Shown: one piece after another, positions 11,301 to 21,864 of the stretch
How the letters are laid out: each line of letters opens with the position of its first letter
Position numbering within the stretch: the stretch's first letter is position 1
From: Epithemia pelagica
Lineage: Eukaryota; Protista; Bacillariophyta
DNA: 64,000 nucleotides
Assembly: GCA_946965045.2 (NCBI GenBank)
Contig: OX337229.1
Location: forward strand, 434,001 to 498,000
Reading direction: 5' to 3'
The notes under the pieces: model-generated
The model's database searches: none
What the model saw: only the letters and a program-made list of their open reading frames with translations
What the model was told of the DNA's origin: nothing
Program-made: the position numbers and the translations under genes

Positions 11301-12567
11301 TCCCTCCTCTCCCATTATTCCCTTCGCAACTCGTCAAAGGCAAATGATGGGAGAAGACGACCCAGCCATCCGTCAAGACCACATTGAGAGCCTAGTGGAG
11401 CACTTTATCCACACACACACAGCCTATCACAAAGAAGAAAATCCACGTTTGAAGAAGACTTTAGAACAACAACTACCTTCTCTCCAACAGAAACTGAAGG
11501 AAGCACTAACCGCTCTCCAACTAGACGAGCAAGTACATCACAGCCGTCTCAGCATGGAAACACCAAGTCTGAGCAGTACCCTGCACACAGCATGGGAGTT
11601 GGCCACCATCTCCGACTATGGTGCCATCATCATCAAGCAGAACAAACAAGGACTCCCTGGTCATGCCATGGATATCACCATCAATCCAAATGACATCACC
11701 CCGGACTCCCACGACGAACATCTGACCAACCTGCCCAGCAAACCAGCCGCCCATGTCGCGACCACCAAGTTTACGACAAAGCCGAAACGAAAGAAAAAGA
11801 AACCACTCCGTCTGAACCTTCCTTCTAATCCCAATCGTCATCAATTCTTCCCACCACTGACTTCTACAAGAACACTGATGATAACCGTGAAGCAAGGCGC
11901 TCTCACCGGTTTGCTCGGCACTGGGTTGTTGTATATTGGTCCACATCTGGCTCCAAGAAAGGCACTCCCATACCTCCTTTCCTGTTTTGGAGGCGCCTCA
12001 GCTGCTTTGCAGATTGTCCACTCTTTGTCGCGTCCCTCCCACTCACCCGTGGATTGTCTCACCCACCGGTTGATTGTTACATGTCTTCTACCAAACTCTG
12101 GCATGTCCTTGGTCCGCTCTGTTGGACGATGGCTGCGATCAGCACTCGGTCTCTGTACCACATCAGAGGGAGAATACCAGCCAACCCATGCCATTGCTGT
12201 GGCACCGAAACCTCGCTCCCACCACGACCGACACCGATCTCACCCAAAGTCCAAACCACGGAAACCAAAACATCGACGAAACCGTAAGAAACACAAACGA
12301 GACAGGACAAACAAGACAACGATTAGACCACTGCAAGGACCACAGCCACTTCCATCACTCATGAGCACCACCACCATACAGGCACATGCTTACACCATGA
12401 GCCAAAATCTGGCGCTCCAAGCTGCAATCAATCATCCACGAAAAATTTCAGTCAGAAATGGAAGACAAACAAGCTTTTCTCCTCATTTGGGATTCAGGCG
12501 CAAGTGTCTCCATCACGAACGACAAGAGCGATTTCATTCCAAACAAAGTGAGGGACGTACCTCCTGA
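8392..12567 (+). CDS. Element 2 gag with very long acidic/hydrophobic/basic extension (1391 aa)
   Basis: Zinc knuckle CLICGSFDHWAKDC and WCAHCGRWTGTH motif; D/E tract; open frame of 4.2 kb. Confidence 0.88.
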   Translation: MASSETTPKPTFKPPKPTMGDLVQLDEYKWAAWTGGKPLPTWKGLDPTAKTYPATPHQRRFGKDITGFETRCSGLSIRYKKGDNLHEFMKRLNDIFVLRGLDTICYLADPANPEEMRHIVNEHTRFNLKLVQKAAPVHCANFDPYDSENDTAARMCLLDSVELKIRKMLETKTNTTETFLVTWMTFINLLQSDSVQKYDALSAKIASQTPFMYPGQNISEMAAHMKADCEDLFASGFYKQTLTLSVLQAFALANGDPLYNLGLLNLYPQVQQRILEIRYMTEQDQQDTLDKEGLSFAHICDKADALYMDAMNLKKWPASTHNKDSKTPPAAFANLSEVQAMALRQHMGDTPLSKGACLICGSFDHWAKDCPHKSSKQASGPRAHSRGGSRGSLNQKPKGNSNRTSRSNNKTTTKSNSGSSVNWKYQAPSQGQSETKTVEGKTWYWCAHCGRWTGTHSTAQHSDDYKGHSKSNKKTSNPGGIAAPQANMISLDLDAGAWAARFPIRNLLSVEDFDSVAPDQTQDDIDSTPSIPDSFWDTFSASGPEDDDDNVSIVVSEGEERRDTTQNESLLNNTVETTDMLLDTRPVDCCDDAKSNDASDESSATTEPPPLIPRFQDDEEEDPDLASLFRNVDSDQTDESVELPPLVPRPITPYGLHQAPATFRPLTFIDPDDLSIAESSDEEEDNDPNAPNRDLMALPPNIRQAFIQAATDELRRVMNLHRIVHPPEDSDDEATETGDTASTTDNDAADGENDQDDEDEDDEEEEDEETDDDDPNGDADDEADDNDHDDDNNDGACPPTMANETNNESETDEEQDPAPEPPDIDFTVDLNKLNLTAKVATINSPWKEYNNSNVGETERTDDTWYDFYEATFTFDKNADPQNTDIHTKIPSDCPVNQEQDQKAPPNFHEQDQATPDRKMPAIQDDEVSPIEWETPPSTNSALSPNSLDLSFITPTRLFHAPGEPSAPKKRPSSPIIPFATRQRQMMGEDDPAIRQDHIESLVEHFIHTHTAYHKEENPRLKKTLEQQLPSLQQKLKEALTALQLDEQVHHSRLSMETPSLSSTLHTAWELATISDYGAIIIKQNKQGLPGHAMDITINPNDITPDSHDEHLTNLPSKPAAHVATTKFTTKPKRKKKKPLRLNLPSNPNRHQFFPPLTSTRTLMITVKQGALTGLLGTGLLYIGPHLAPRKALPYLLSCFGGASAALQIVHSLSRPSHSPVDCLTHRLIVTCLLPNSGMSLVRSVGRWLRSALGLCTTSEGEYQPTHAIAVAPKPRSHHDRHRSHPKSKPRKPKHRRNRKKHKRDRTNKTTIRPLQGPQPLPSLMSTTTIQAHAYTMSQNLALQAAINHPRKISVRNGRQTSFSPHLGFRRKCLHHERQERFHSKQSEGRTS

Positions 12568-15500
12568 CTATCAGGTCCAAGGTTTGGCCGAAGGAGCACA
12601 AGTCGAAAGTCAAGGAGTCGTGGAATGGTACATCAAAGACGTCCATGGACGGCTACGATGCATCGAACTCCTTGCTCTGTACATACCCGCAGCTGGCTGT
12701 CGGCTTCTCAGTACAAGCAGCCTCTTACAACGATACCAAGGGGAAACCATAAAAATCGAACCACAAGGACTCAAACTTAGCGGTGTGAGAAACGACCCTG
12801 CTCGAGGACCAATAAAAGTCGAAATCGAAGCCGAAAGCAACTTACCGAAAAGCATCTGCTACCACCGACTAGGAGTGAACCGTTCAGTCTCTGCATTCGT
12901 TGCCACTGTCACCACAGTCGACGAACGAAACATAAACCTTTCAGCGCCACAAAAGGTCTGGAGCCAATGGCACATCCGGTTTGGACATGCACCCTTCCGC
13001 GTCGTCCAGTTTGTTCTCCGCTCTGGTGTATTGTCAAATGATGAGTCGTCGCGACGACTCCACACTGCCGTCTGCAAACTGACCACTCCTCCGTTGTGTG
13101 CCGCTTGTCTTTATGGAAAACAAAAGACCAGGCACTCCCCAGGACAGAAAACCGTCAAAATACAAGACAAAGAAGGAGCCCTGAAAAAGAACCACCTTTT
13201 TCCCGGTCAACAAGTTTCAGCAGACCACTTCATCTGCTCGACAAAAGGACGCCTCTACACATCAAAAGGCAAAACCAAAGAAGAAGCAATGCTTAGCGGT
13301 GGATGCATTTTCGTAGACCACGCAAGTGGATACATCGACGTATCCATGCAAACTCACCTTAACACCCACCAAACACTAAAAGCAAAAACAGAATACGAAC
13401 AACGATGTCAGAACCAAGGAGTGATCATTCAACAATATCACACAGACAATGGCACCGCCTTCACCTCGAAGAAATACACCGAGCATCTGCAAGCCTTTCA
13501 GCAAGTAACAAGCTTTGCCGGTGTAGGCGCACACCACCACAATGGCGTGGCAGAGCGCAGCATCCAAACCATCATGTCCATGGCAAGGACCATGATGTTA
13601 CACGCCGCCACCCATTGGCCCGAAGTTGCAGACCCAACTCTTTGGCCCATGGCCGTCGACCATGCTGTTTTCATCTACAACCGACTCCCCAAGATTCAAA
13701 CAGGAATTTCCCCCATCGACCTCTTCACCAAGACAAGATGGGAGCAACGCCGCTTCCACGATCTTCATGTCTGGGGTGCACCGGCATATGTTCTGAACAA
13801 AACAATACAAGACGGTAAGAAATTACCACGATGGAAGCCAAGAAGTCAACGCTGCATGTTTGTTGGATTCTCCCAACAACATGCACTCACCGCTCCACTT
13901 GTACTTAACCTCGACACGGGCACAATCTCACCGCAATACCACGTTGTCTTCGACGACTGGTTTGCAACAGTGGCAGCAACCAACGAAAACTCCCACTCAC
14001 CACATGCAACAGTTGACCAAATCTTCGCAAACATGGACAACATTCTGCACTCACCAGGATACGACGATCCATCAGCAGACGACGATTCTCCGAATGACAC
14101 GCCCGAAGCCACTGCCTCCGAACTCACCAAAAACAAGATCTTTGAGGCCATGGAAAACGCGACCCCTCCTGTTCCACTGGAATACGACACCCCTGCCGTA
14201 CCACCAACTTCAACCACGGCTGCCCCTCCCTTGCCCCACCCAGTCAGTACTCCACGTCCAGTGTCTACCCCACCCAGTGTTCCGTCGTCGCTAGCCAATG
14301 CTCCGTCGCGCATGTCGACCAATCCTCCTCCCACCACTTTGGCTACACCGCACAAAATCCCTCCCCTTTCCATTGAAGATGATTGGACCATGCCCACGGA
14401 TCAGAGGGAGAGCACACCAACACAGGCTCCTCCTGCCCCCAAATCACAACCACCTGAACACAAGCCACAGAGGGAGCCAACCAAACAGAGGGAGCCATCC
14501 AACCAGAGGGAGCATGCCTCTCCAGCCCCTCGTCGATCCGGCCGAAACCGACGTTCACCCAATCGTCTCGTCGAATCCATGGACCCCACACACAAGTCCT
14601 ACCTTGCCCACGTCGATACTCTTGACAACCTACCCTTTCAAGCCACAATTGGACTCTTCAAGGCAACCATCGTAGACCCCGACACTCTGGGCTACGATCA
14701 AGCGTTGAAAGATGCAGACCTTCTTCACTGGCGCAAGGCAGCAAAACAAGAAATTGATGAGCTAACAGAAAAAGAGACATGGATTGAAGAGCCACAGTCG
14801 GCTGCCAAAACCAAGATTCTACCAGGCACATGGGTTTTCAAACGAAAACGCCACGCCGATGGAACAATCAAGAAGCACAAAGGACGCTACTGCGTGAGAG
14901 GCGACCTTCAAGAACAAGCACCAGACGCCTATTCACCAGTTGTAAATTGGGCAATCATCCGAATCTGCATGATCTACGCCCTAAGTCAACAATGGGTAAT
15001 GGTATGCATAGACTTCAGCAATGCCTTCGTCCAGGCAAAACTCAAGGAACCCATCTGGATCCACATACCACCTGGTTTCAAGTCAACCAGCTCAGAACCC
15101 ACCTGCCTACGTCTACTGAAGAGTCTCTACGGTTTGACCATTGCCCCTAGATTATGGTATGAAAAACTCATTGAAGCTCTTTTGGAAGATGGTTTCAAGA
15201 AAAGCGACTATGACGAATGTTTCTTCATGAAACCAGACATGCTTCTCTTCATTTGGGTGGATGATTGTGGCATCGTTGCACCCACCATGACTCTTGTGGA
15301 TGCATTCATTAAACGACTGAAAACAAAAGGTTTCGAATTGTCCAAAGACTCCGATTTCGCAGAATACCTGGGAATCGATTTCAAGCGGAACAAGGACGAG
15401 ATTGTAATGACTCAACCCGGCTTAATCAAGCGCATCCTCCAAACCACAAAGATGGAAGACTGCAACGGAAATTGGACCCCTGCAGCGCAGATTGGATTGG

Positions 15501-16285
15501 GAAGTGATCCCAACGGACCTCCCATGAAAGACAATTGGAACTATCGGTCAGTGGTTGGTATGTTGTTGTATCTCTCCACCAACACACGGCCAGATATAAC
15601 GTTTGCCGTGAGCCAAGTGGCACGTTTTTCCAATGATCCAAAACAATCGCACGCTCAAGCCGTCAAAGCCATCATCCGATATCTCTCACGGACCATCGAC
15701 AACGGCACCATCTTTCGTCCAAGCAAAGATTATCGGCTTGATTGTTATGTCGATGCAGACTTCATGGGTCTGCACGGCCGAGAACCAGAAGACGATCCAA
15801 CAAGCGCCAAGTCCCGAACTGGGTATATCATCTTCTTTGGGGGAAGTCCTCTGGTTTGGAAATCTCAATTGCAAAGCGAAATTGCAACAAGCACCTTTCA
15901 CTCCGAATACGTGGCTCTGTCCCAAGCCATGAGAGTTGTAGTTTGGTTGCAAGAAGTCTTGAACGAGTTAAACTCTTGTGTGAGAATCAATCCAAGTGTG
16001 CCACGGATTACTGCAGAAGTCCATGAGGACAACAATAGTGCTTACCTTGTGGCCACCAACCAACGTCTCACCTCTCGATCTCGCTCGCTAAACAACAAGT
16101 GGCACTGGTTTTGGTCCCAGGTGAAAGCCACAAACGCAACCATTGTGTCCTCGAAATCCGATATGGAAGACCGAACGATTACGATTTCCAAAATCGACAC
16201 CAAGTTGCAACGGGCCGACATCCTCACGAAAGGTCTGGCTCGAGAAACCTTTGAGACCATCCGAAAACTAAATCAAGGATGGTGA
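12458..16285 (+). CDS. Element 2 pol (protease, integrase, RT, RNase H), +1 frame relative to gag
   Basis: IWDSGAS protease; WHIRFGH...CAAC zinc motif; VSADHF/YHTDNG/NGVAER integrase; WVDDC RT; YVDADF/EDN/RADILTK RNase H. Confidence 0.95.
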   Translation: MEDKQAFLLIWDSGASVSITNDKSDFIPNKVRDVPPDYQVQGLAEGAQVESQGVVEWYIKDVHGRLRCIELLALYIPAAGCRLLSTSSLLQRYQGETIKIEPQGLKLSGVRNDPARGPIKVEIEAESNLPKSICYHRLGVNRSVSAFVATVTTVDERNINLSAPQKVWSQWHIRFGHAPFRVVQFVLRSGVLSNDESSRRLHTAVCKLTTPPLCAACLYGKQKTRHSPGQKTVKIQDKEGALKKNHLFPGQQVSADHFICSTKGRLYTSKGKTKEEAMLSGGCIFVDHASGYIDVSMQTHLNTHQTLKAKTEYEQRCQNQGVIIQQYHTDNGTAFTSKKYTEHLQAFQQVTSFAGVGAHHHNGVAERSIQTIMSMARTMMLHAATHWPEVADPTLWPMAVDHAVFIYNRLPKIQTGISPIDLFTKTRWEQRRFHDLHVWGAPAYVLNKTIQDGKKLPRWKPRSQRCMFVGFSQQHALTAPLVLNLDTGTISPQYHVVFDDWFATVAATNENSHSPHATVDQIFANMDNILHSPGYDDPSADDDSPNDTPEATASELTKNKIFEAMENATPPVPLEYDTPAVPPTSTTAAPPLPHPVSTPRPVSTPPSVPSSLANAPSRMSTNPPPTTLATPHKIPPLSIEDDWTMPTDQRESTPTQAPPAPKSQPPEHKPQREPTKQREPSNQREHASPAPRRSGRNRRSPNRLVESMDPTHKSYLAHVDTLDNLPFQATIGLFKATIVDPDTLGYDQALKDADLLHWRKAAKQEIDELTEKETWIEEPQSAAKTKILPGTWVFKRKRHADGTIKKHKGRYCVRGDLQEQAPDAYSPVVNWAIIRICMIYALSQQWVMVCIDFSNAFVQAKLKEPIWIHIPPGFKSTSSEPTCLRLLKSLYGLTIAPRLWYEKLIEALLEDGFKKSDYDECFFMKPDMLLFIWVDDCGIVAPTMTLVDAFIKRLKTKGFELSKDSDFAEYLGIDFKRNKDEIVMTQPGLIKRILQTTKMEDCNGNWTPAAQIGLGSDPNGPPMKDNWNYRSVVGMLLYLSTNTRPDITFAVSQVARFSNDPKQSHAQAVKAIIRYLSRTIDNGTIFRPSKDYRLDCYVDADFMGLHGREPEDDPTSAKSRTGYIIFFGGSPLVWKSQLQSEIATSTFHSEYVALSQAMRVVVWLQEVLNELNSCVRINPSVPRITAEVHEDNNSAYLVATNQRLTSRSRSLNNKWHWFWSQVKATNATIVSSKSDMEDRTITISKIDTKLQRADILTKGLARETFETIRKLNQGW

Positions 16286-16311
16286 CCTGTGACACCAAGC
16301 CCAAGAGGGAG

Positions 16312-16815
16312 AGTCGCAGTTTATGTTTTTAGCACCAGTCGCGTTTCCAAATTTGTATTTGTGTTTTGAAATATTGAATTTGCACGACTGGCAGTTTGTG
16401 TTGCATGACCCAATGATATAAGCCTACATGTCGGAATCCGCGCATGCATAACGCGCAGGATGGGCTTTTGGCGCCACAGAACGCCGGGCCATTCGCCGTT
16501 TGTGTCTACGACACTCATGTTTTGCTAACTAACCTATGACACAACAAACAACAAAATGAGATAACTATCGTCCATTTGAATCAAGCTGTGCGTTGCAAGA
16601 TAGCAGATCAATTCCTGGAAGCCAAAGCGAGGAATCAAAATGAGGAACTCAAGATCACTTTGTTTACTCTATAGCTTTAATCATAATATCGATACAGGAG
16701 TTTTTGCAACGCAAAAGACTTCTAGGTTGGTGTGGAGACTTGATCAATCTCCACCCCGATTACGCGGTATTCCCCTAGCTATTAGTATACCCAGTGTATG
16801 CTAGTGACTCTGACA
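16312..16815 (+). repeat. 3' LTR of element 2 (about 504 bp)
   Basis: Follows PPT AAGAGGGAG (16303-16311); ends CTCTGACA; left boundary inferred from the PPT and the terminal inverted match. Confidence 0.85.
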
Positions 16816-17425
16816 CTGACTATGTAGTGGCTCTCGGCGAATGCGGTTTGGACTACGTTCGTGACTCTACTTCCAAGGCGCTTCAACAACAAGTCTTTCA
16901 GGAACAGCTAATGCTTGCATGTCATCTCCAAATGCCACTATTTTTGCATGAACGCGAAGCCCATCAAGATTTCATTCGAATCCTGGACCAAGTGAGTCAA
17001 CTACCGAACCTTCCACCATTACCACCCATCCTTGTCCATTGCTTTACAGGGACTCAAGATGAAGCACAAGAATATTTGGATCGAGGATACTTTTTGAGTT
17101 TGCCGGGACCATTTGCAAGCCACAGCGAGGAGCTCTTTTGCGCGACATGATTGGCAAACTATCCTCCAGCCACGCGGCTACTTGGAAAGATCGTGTCATG
17201 GTGGAAACAGATGCACCGTACATGGGGTTTCGACGCGGTCCCAAAGGGCGGTGGGAATCTAGTGAGCCGGCCGATACTACCGGTGTGGCCAAGAAACTGG
17301 CCGAAACCATGGGACATGACTACGAAGACGTGTGCACCATGACCACTCGAACAGCTCTCAACTTTTTCCGACTTGCCATAGACGAAGAAGAGATGCGACA
17401 AGAACACATCTCTCGACAGTTGTAG
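16816..17425 (+). pseudogene. tatD: TatD family DNase, 3' part; split by element 2 and frameshifted near 17103
   Basis: GECGLDY, PLFLHEREAH and HCFTG in one frame; TICKPQRG and ETDAPY in the next; N-terminus absent at LTR junction. Confidence 0.9.
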
Positions 17426-17712
17426 ATACTGTTGCTTCTTCTCATGTTTTGACCCAAGTAATTATCTAAATGGTGTGTGCCACCAGATATTTTCTAGCTG
17501 CTTTGACCCCGTATCTAGGTAGTTTTCCCAGTAAAACATGAATTAGTCTCCAATAGATCTTGGCAAAAAGGTAGAATGGAGGAGAATGTCGAGGTAGGTA
17601 CGTATATAATCAGGATGGTACTACCAGCAACAAAGTTTCCAAAATTTTGGCGAATAACAAAAACCATGAGACATGGCGTTGAGGCACTGTATCCATCATC
17701 ATCTGGTCTCTG

Positions 17713-18129
17713 TTATGTGCCTTGGAAACCTCGTCTCGAATCACACCGCACCGAGTACCTTGTGCGATGAGCTCGGGCACCGGGGATCTTTTCTCGAGGA
17801 ACTTCTTTGAACGTGAGGCCACCCAGGAATTGGTTCTCCACCGAATCCACCGAAAATTCAGAAGGATCACTGCCATGGGCCTGGTACGTCCAGGAGGAAG
17901 AGGACGTGTCCTCTGGTATGCATCGGGTAGTCATATTGTGAGAATGATTTCTGGAATGTCTCGGCAACACTGGAGAGTTTGATACAGGCGATTTCATATG
18001 TTCAGAGCTAGATTCCGTGGTTCTCTTGAGGGAATTTCTCTTGTTAGCGTTTGTGACTGGACCATCCTCACGAGGTGCCTTGACATTCCGGAAAGAGGCT
18101 CGCAGCAAAGCGTTGGTGATGATTCCCAT
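17713..18129 (-). CDS. Hypothetical protein (138 aa)
   Basis: ATG-initiated ORF only; no motif recognised. Confidence 0.3.
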   Translation of the reverse strand: MGIITNALLRASFRNVKAPREDGPVTNANKRNSLKRTTESSSEHMKSPVSNSPVLPRHSRNHSHNMTTRCIPEDTSSSSWTYQAHGSDPSEFSVDSVENQFLGGLTFKEVPREKIPGARAHRTRYSVRCDSRRGFQGT

Positions 18130-20032
18130 GCTTGCTCGCTCTATGAGTGCAATCTGAAACTGTGAGCGAGAAGGATAATTTCGAACGATTCAAATACTTT
18201 TCTTCCGTGTAATATGGTGGGGGACGATCAAGAGAGATCAAAAGGCTCTCAAAACTTTTGCTTCGCTTGTTTGTTTAGTTAGGAGCAAGAGTCGAATCGG
18301 GCAATAAGATGGAATCGGCTGATACGGCGCAAGTTCCATAAAGGCTCTATTGTGGCATCAAGATAGCGTCTGATGATACTGATAGAGCTCTTGTAACAAG
18401 ATGGATTTCTCGCGCTTTTCGGTTAGCCCTACTCTACAGCCATACGTTGTGCGTGTATTGTGGCTTCGTCTTGGAGGGCAACCCTTGAATAGAACCCGTT
18501 CTCGCTGTCCGGGGATACGGTCAATGTTCTCGACCTTCATCCGGAGGATAATCGACAAAGAGAATAAAAAGATTAGGTAGAGTACGGGCTCACTGTTTCA
18601 TGGCATGTGATTCGGACGCGTCTGTCTTCAAGCGCAGCGTCGAAAAGATGGAGGCAATTGTAATCAGTTCCTCGGAATCTCGAGGCTTATATGAACGCAT
18701 TCCAGGGCTATTTAAAAAATCGATCGTTCATATTTATTGACATAGGAAGAACATTTATGCTCTATCATATAAGCCTTGTCGATCAAATTTCAAATAATTT
18801 GGTATTCGGAAGTGAATTATGCGTGGGCTTCAATCACATTTCACATAAGCGCAATTCTATGCTATTGCCTTCGGTCGCATTTCTTGGTTTGCTACCTCTT
18901 TCCCGGCCAGCTTCATTTTTTACTTCTTGGTTTTTTCGAAATGATGATTGGTTGCGACAATCACTGGTGAGTGGTGAGTGACAAGAAAAGACAATAAATA
19001 GTGGCATAAACGGTACTGCTTCCAGGCCATGAATTGAACGGTCCATGTTCGCATTTTCGATCCACAAGATTGGCATGATGTTTTTGTTTTTGGATGCATG
19101 TTTCATGTGCATGCTCCCTGGGTGAGCAAGTCCAGCCAACAGCTACCTCCCGCGCATCTTCACCAGTGGATCTGGTTTCGTTTGTCAACAGCATGGTTTG
19201 AAGACGCCGCTACTCGTACAAGTCGTGGCATTTTGAGTCTACCATGCCTCTTGTGCTTCATTGTTTCGATAGCTGGACACAAGAGTGATGGCAACCTAGG
19301 TAGCCACTATATACGACATCTCCAATCGTGAGACCAAATCGCCTCTTGACATGTTATCTGTTGCTTTCTTGATCGTTGATTTGAAGCCATTCCCTCCCTG
19401 GATCAACATCGAGGTGGTTATTGGCCACCTTGATTCCACCAAGAGAACGAACTCGGTATCGATACCAATGCACCTTCGATCTTGATGATATCACACCACA
19501 TGGCAGAAAATGCCAATCGACACATTTCGGCAGGTGCCATTTGCGATTTCCTCTGGACAATGGAGCGTTTTCTCGAAAGGCACATGTTGGAAACAGTGTC
19601 TGTGTCAGGTTCCTAGACATTTGAATTCGAACTGGTTTTTCTTTCAAGTTTAGTTTTGGTATCATCCTTCGCCGTATCCAATAGAAGGACCGTAAATATC
19701 GTCTTTTGTCTGTCATGTTTGTATACACTGCGACCTGCAAACTCCAGAGGATGGAGTCGCAAAGAGTTTCACGGCGACGAGGATAGGATTGTGAGGGACA
19801 TGTGTCCTGTCTATCATCAAGAATGAGATTTATTTTCTGTAGGGGTACACGAGATTGTCTCAAATACATGCACTTAATAAACAGTTGAGCTGGTGTTATA
19901 ATATACCCGCGAGGAGCGTCAGTCCAAGTCGTTGCGTTTGTTGGCGTTGTGAATTTTGAATTTTCGCATTATCCGGTGTTCCATGATTGATCAATGATTT
20001 CCTTCATTTCTTGCAGTCCTCGTTTCCGTTGG

Positions 20033-20632
20033 TTACTGCGCTGAGGCGGGTCCACTGGTAGGGGCATTGGCCATTGTGCCACGAATTTCTTCAAAGGCTT
20101 GCAGCGGCGGTTTGTTCCCATAAATCACTCCCATAATGGCTGGAAAGTATCGATCCATTGTGGCGGCGGAGACCATAATATTTGTTTCAATCATTTCCAA
20201 TGACAAGGCCGATCCTTCCACATCCACTGCCATGCGATATCTCACTTCTCCGTCGCGGAAATCCAATTCAAAGTTACCCAGTGCCAAAGTGTAGTTGATT
20301 CGCATCAAAAGTTCGGCACACGACGAGCGACTGTTTTCCGGAACCTTTACTGGTGATTCAATGAACACAAGCATGCGATCTTGGTTCACCTTGACATCAA
20401 TAAAGCTCCGGAAAGACGAATTATTTCCAGTCAAGTTTAATGAAATGACTTGGCTCCCATCCTCTCGCGGCGCTTGAAGCTGGTAGCTACGACTTCCGGC
20501 ATCCAGATATTGCTTCACCAACGCCAGCATTCCAGGCGACTCTGGACTGCTGCCGACCAACGACGAAGTGACTATACCGGGTGTTGCAGTCGAGTCTTCT
20601 TCGGGGGAGGGAGAGACAGGGTTGGTCGCCAT
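20033..20632 (-). CDS. YbjN-domain protein (bacterial sensory transduction regulator-like), 199 aa
   Basis: AELLMRINYTLALGNFELDFRDGEVRYR and MDRYFPAIM pattern typical of YbjN family; start MATNPV chosen as first ATG. Confidence 0.8.
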   Translation of the reverse strand: MATNPVSPSPEEDSTATPGIVTSSLVGSSPESPGMLALVKQYLDAGSRSYQLQAPREDGSQVISLNLTGNNSSFRSFIDVKVNQDRMLVFIESPVKVPENSRSSCAELLMRINYTLALGNFELDFRDGEVRYRMAVDVEGSALSLEMIETNIMVSAATMDRYFPAIMGVIYGNKPPLQAFEEIRGTMANAPTSGPASAQ

Positions 20633-21864
20633 GGTCCAATAGAAGATCGACAAATCTGATTTGTTGTGAAGAAGAGCGACGGCGGAGTGCGAAAGAAAAG
20701 AGCCGGGAGTCCAGGTTTGCAAAATCAGTCCCGCCGGAATAGTTTCCAGTCGCGGTCGCTTCCACGTCAGTCCAGAACGCAGCTACCTTTGTTACCTTTG
20801 TTACATGCTCAACCTCCTCCTCAAAATCAAAAGAGTAGTACGGGAAGTTGAGTAAGGCAAAGTTTGAATGACTTCTTGAAAAGAGGACAATGGAAACTTT
20901 CCACAAATGGGACGACTGTTGTCGTCACCACGATTCCACTAGCTGTTTCTTGAGAGAGCGAAGTAACGTTTTGCGTTTTCCGATAGGTCATGTTGAAATG
21001 GATAACTCCCCCGAGAAAGTTTGTCGCACAGGTTTCTAGTCCAACAAGTAATAAATAAGATATACACTGTATCAGATTGGTCCAAGCTCGATCGATCACA
21101 TTTTCTGTTCACTCACATTACTAACAGCGTCTTGGCCACACTCGTTTTCTGCTCTGAACCAAATGAACATACGGCTTCAGGTGACCACCTTCTGTGCTAA
21201 CTACAAAGGAAACGTACTGGTAGAGAAGGAAACCATCTACAACAGGGACGTACCATTTGGTAGTGGCTTCCAAAGCCCTCGAAATTGCTGTCGTCTACAT
21301 TACAGCTGGGTGTGAACAAACGTCATACCAGGCGAAACAACGCAGTCGTTTACCATAGCGATTGGGTTGAAATCTAGCTCTCATAGCTTCATTTGGTTCA
21401 TCACATCTCTCCCATCGTCGATCCGTCCGGTGCAATTGAGGAGTAGGATTCCCTTCCCCAAAAGCTAGTGGAGATTCATACAAGCACGTAGGGGTAAGCT
21501 AGCCCCGAAGACCGAAGGCGCGCGTGCTCGGGAGTTGACCTGCGTGCACCTGACCGGCAGTCGCATGTCGCATTGTCTAACGTCTAACGTCGGTCGCAAA
21601 CGGAAGAAGTGACGCAAGACCAAGACAGCGTACAACCGTGCGTACGCTTCCCCTTTAGGCTTTGTTAGTCGATGATTCTCGCTGGGAAAAGATCCCATCC
21701 TTCATGGGCAAGATTCGCTAGATGCTCTACCGTGCTCTAATGTGCTCTTGCATGTTCCAGCTGGAAACGGTGAATTCAAGAGACATGTTTCTCACAAAAC
21801 CAGAATCACAAAAATCAAACATCAACCTGTTCGGCTAACAAAAAAAACAAGTATATATCACAAA

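Larger units (their letters stand above)
7787..16815 (+). mobile_element. Ty1/copia LTR retrotransposon (element 2); its 5' LTR is interrupted by element 1
   Basis: 7787-8159 appears identical to 16443-16815; gag with CX2CX4HX4C knuckle (CLICGSFDHWAKDC); pol in PR-IN-RT-RH order. Confidence 0.97.

Noticed and set aside
19354-19869. 171-aa minus ORF with non-ATG start
   Set aside because: No recognisable family and no convincing gene model; may be an exon but cannot be supported
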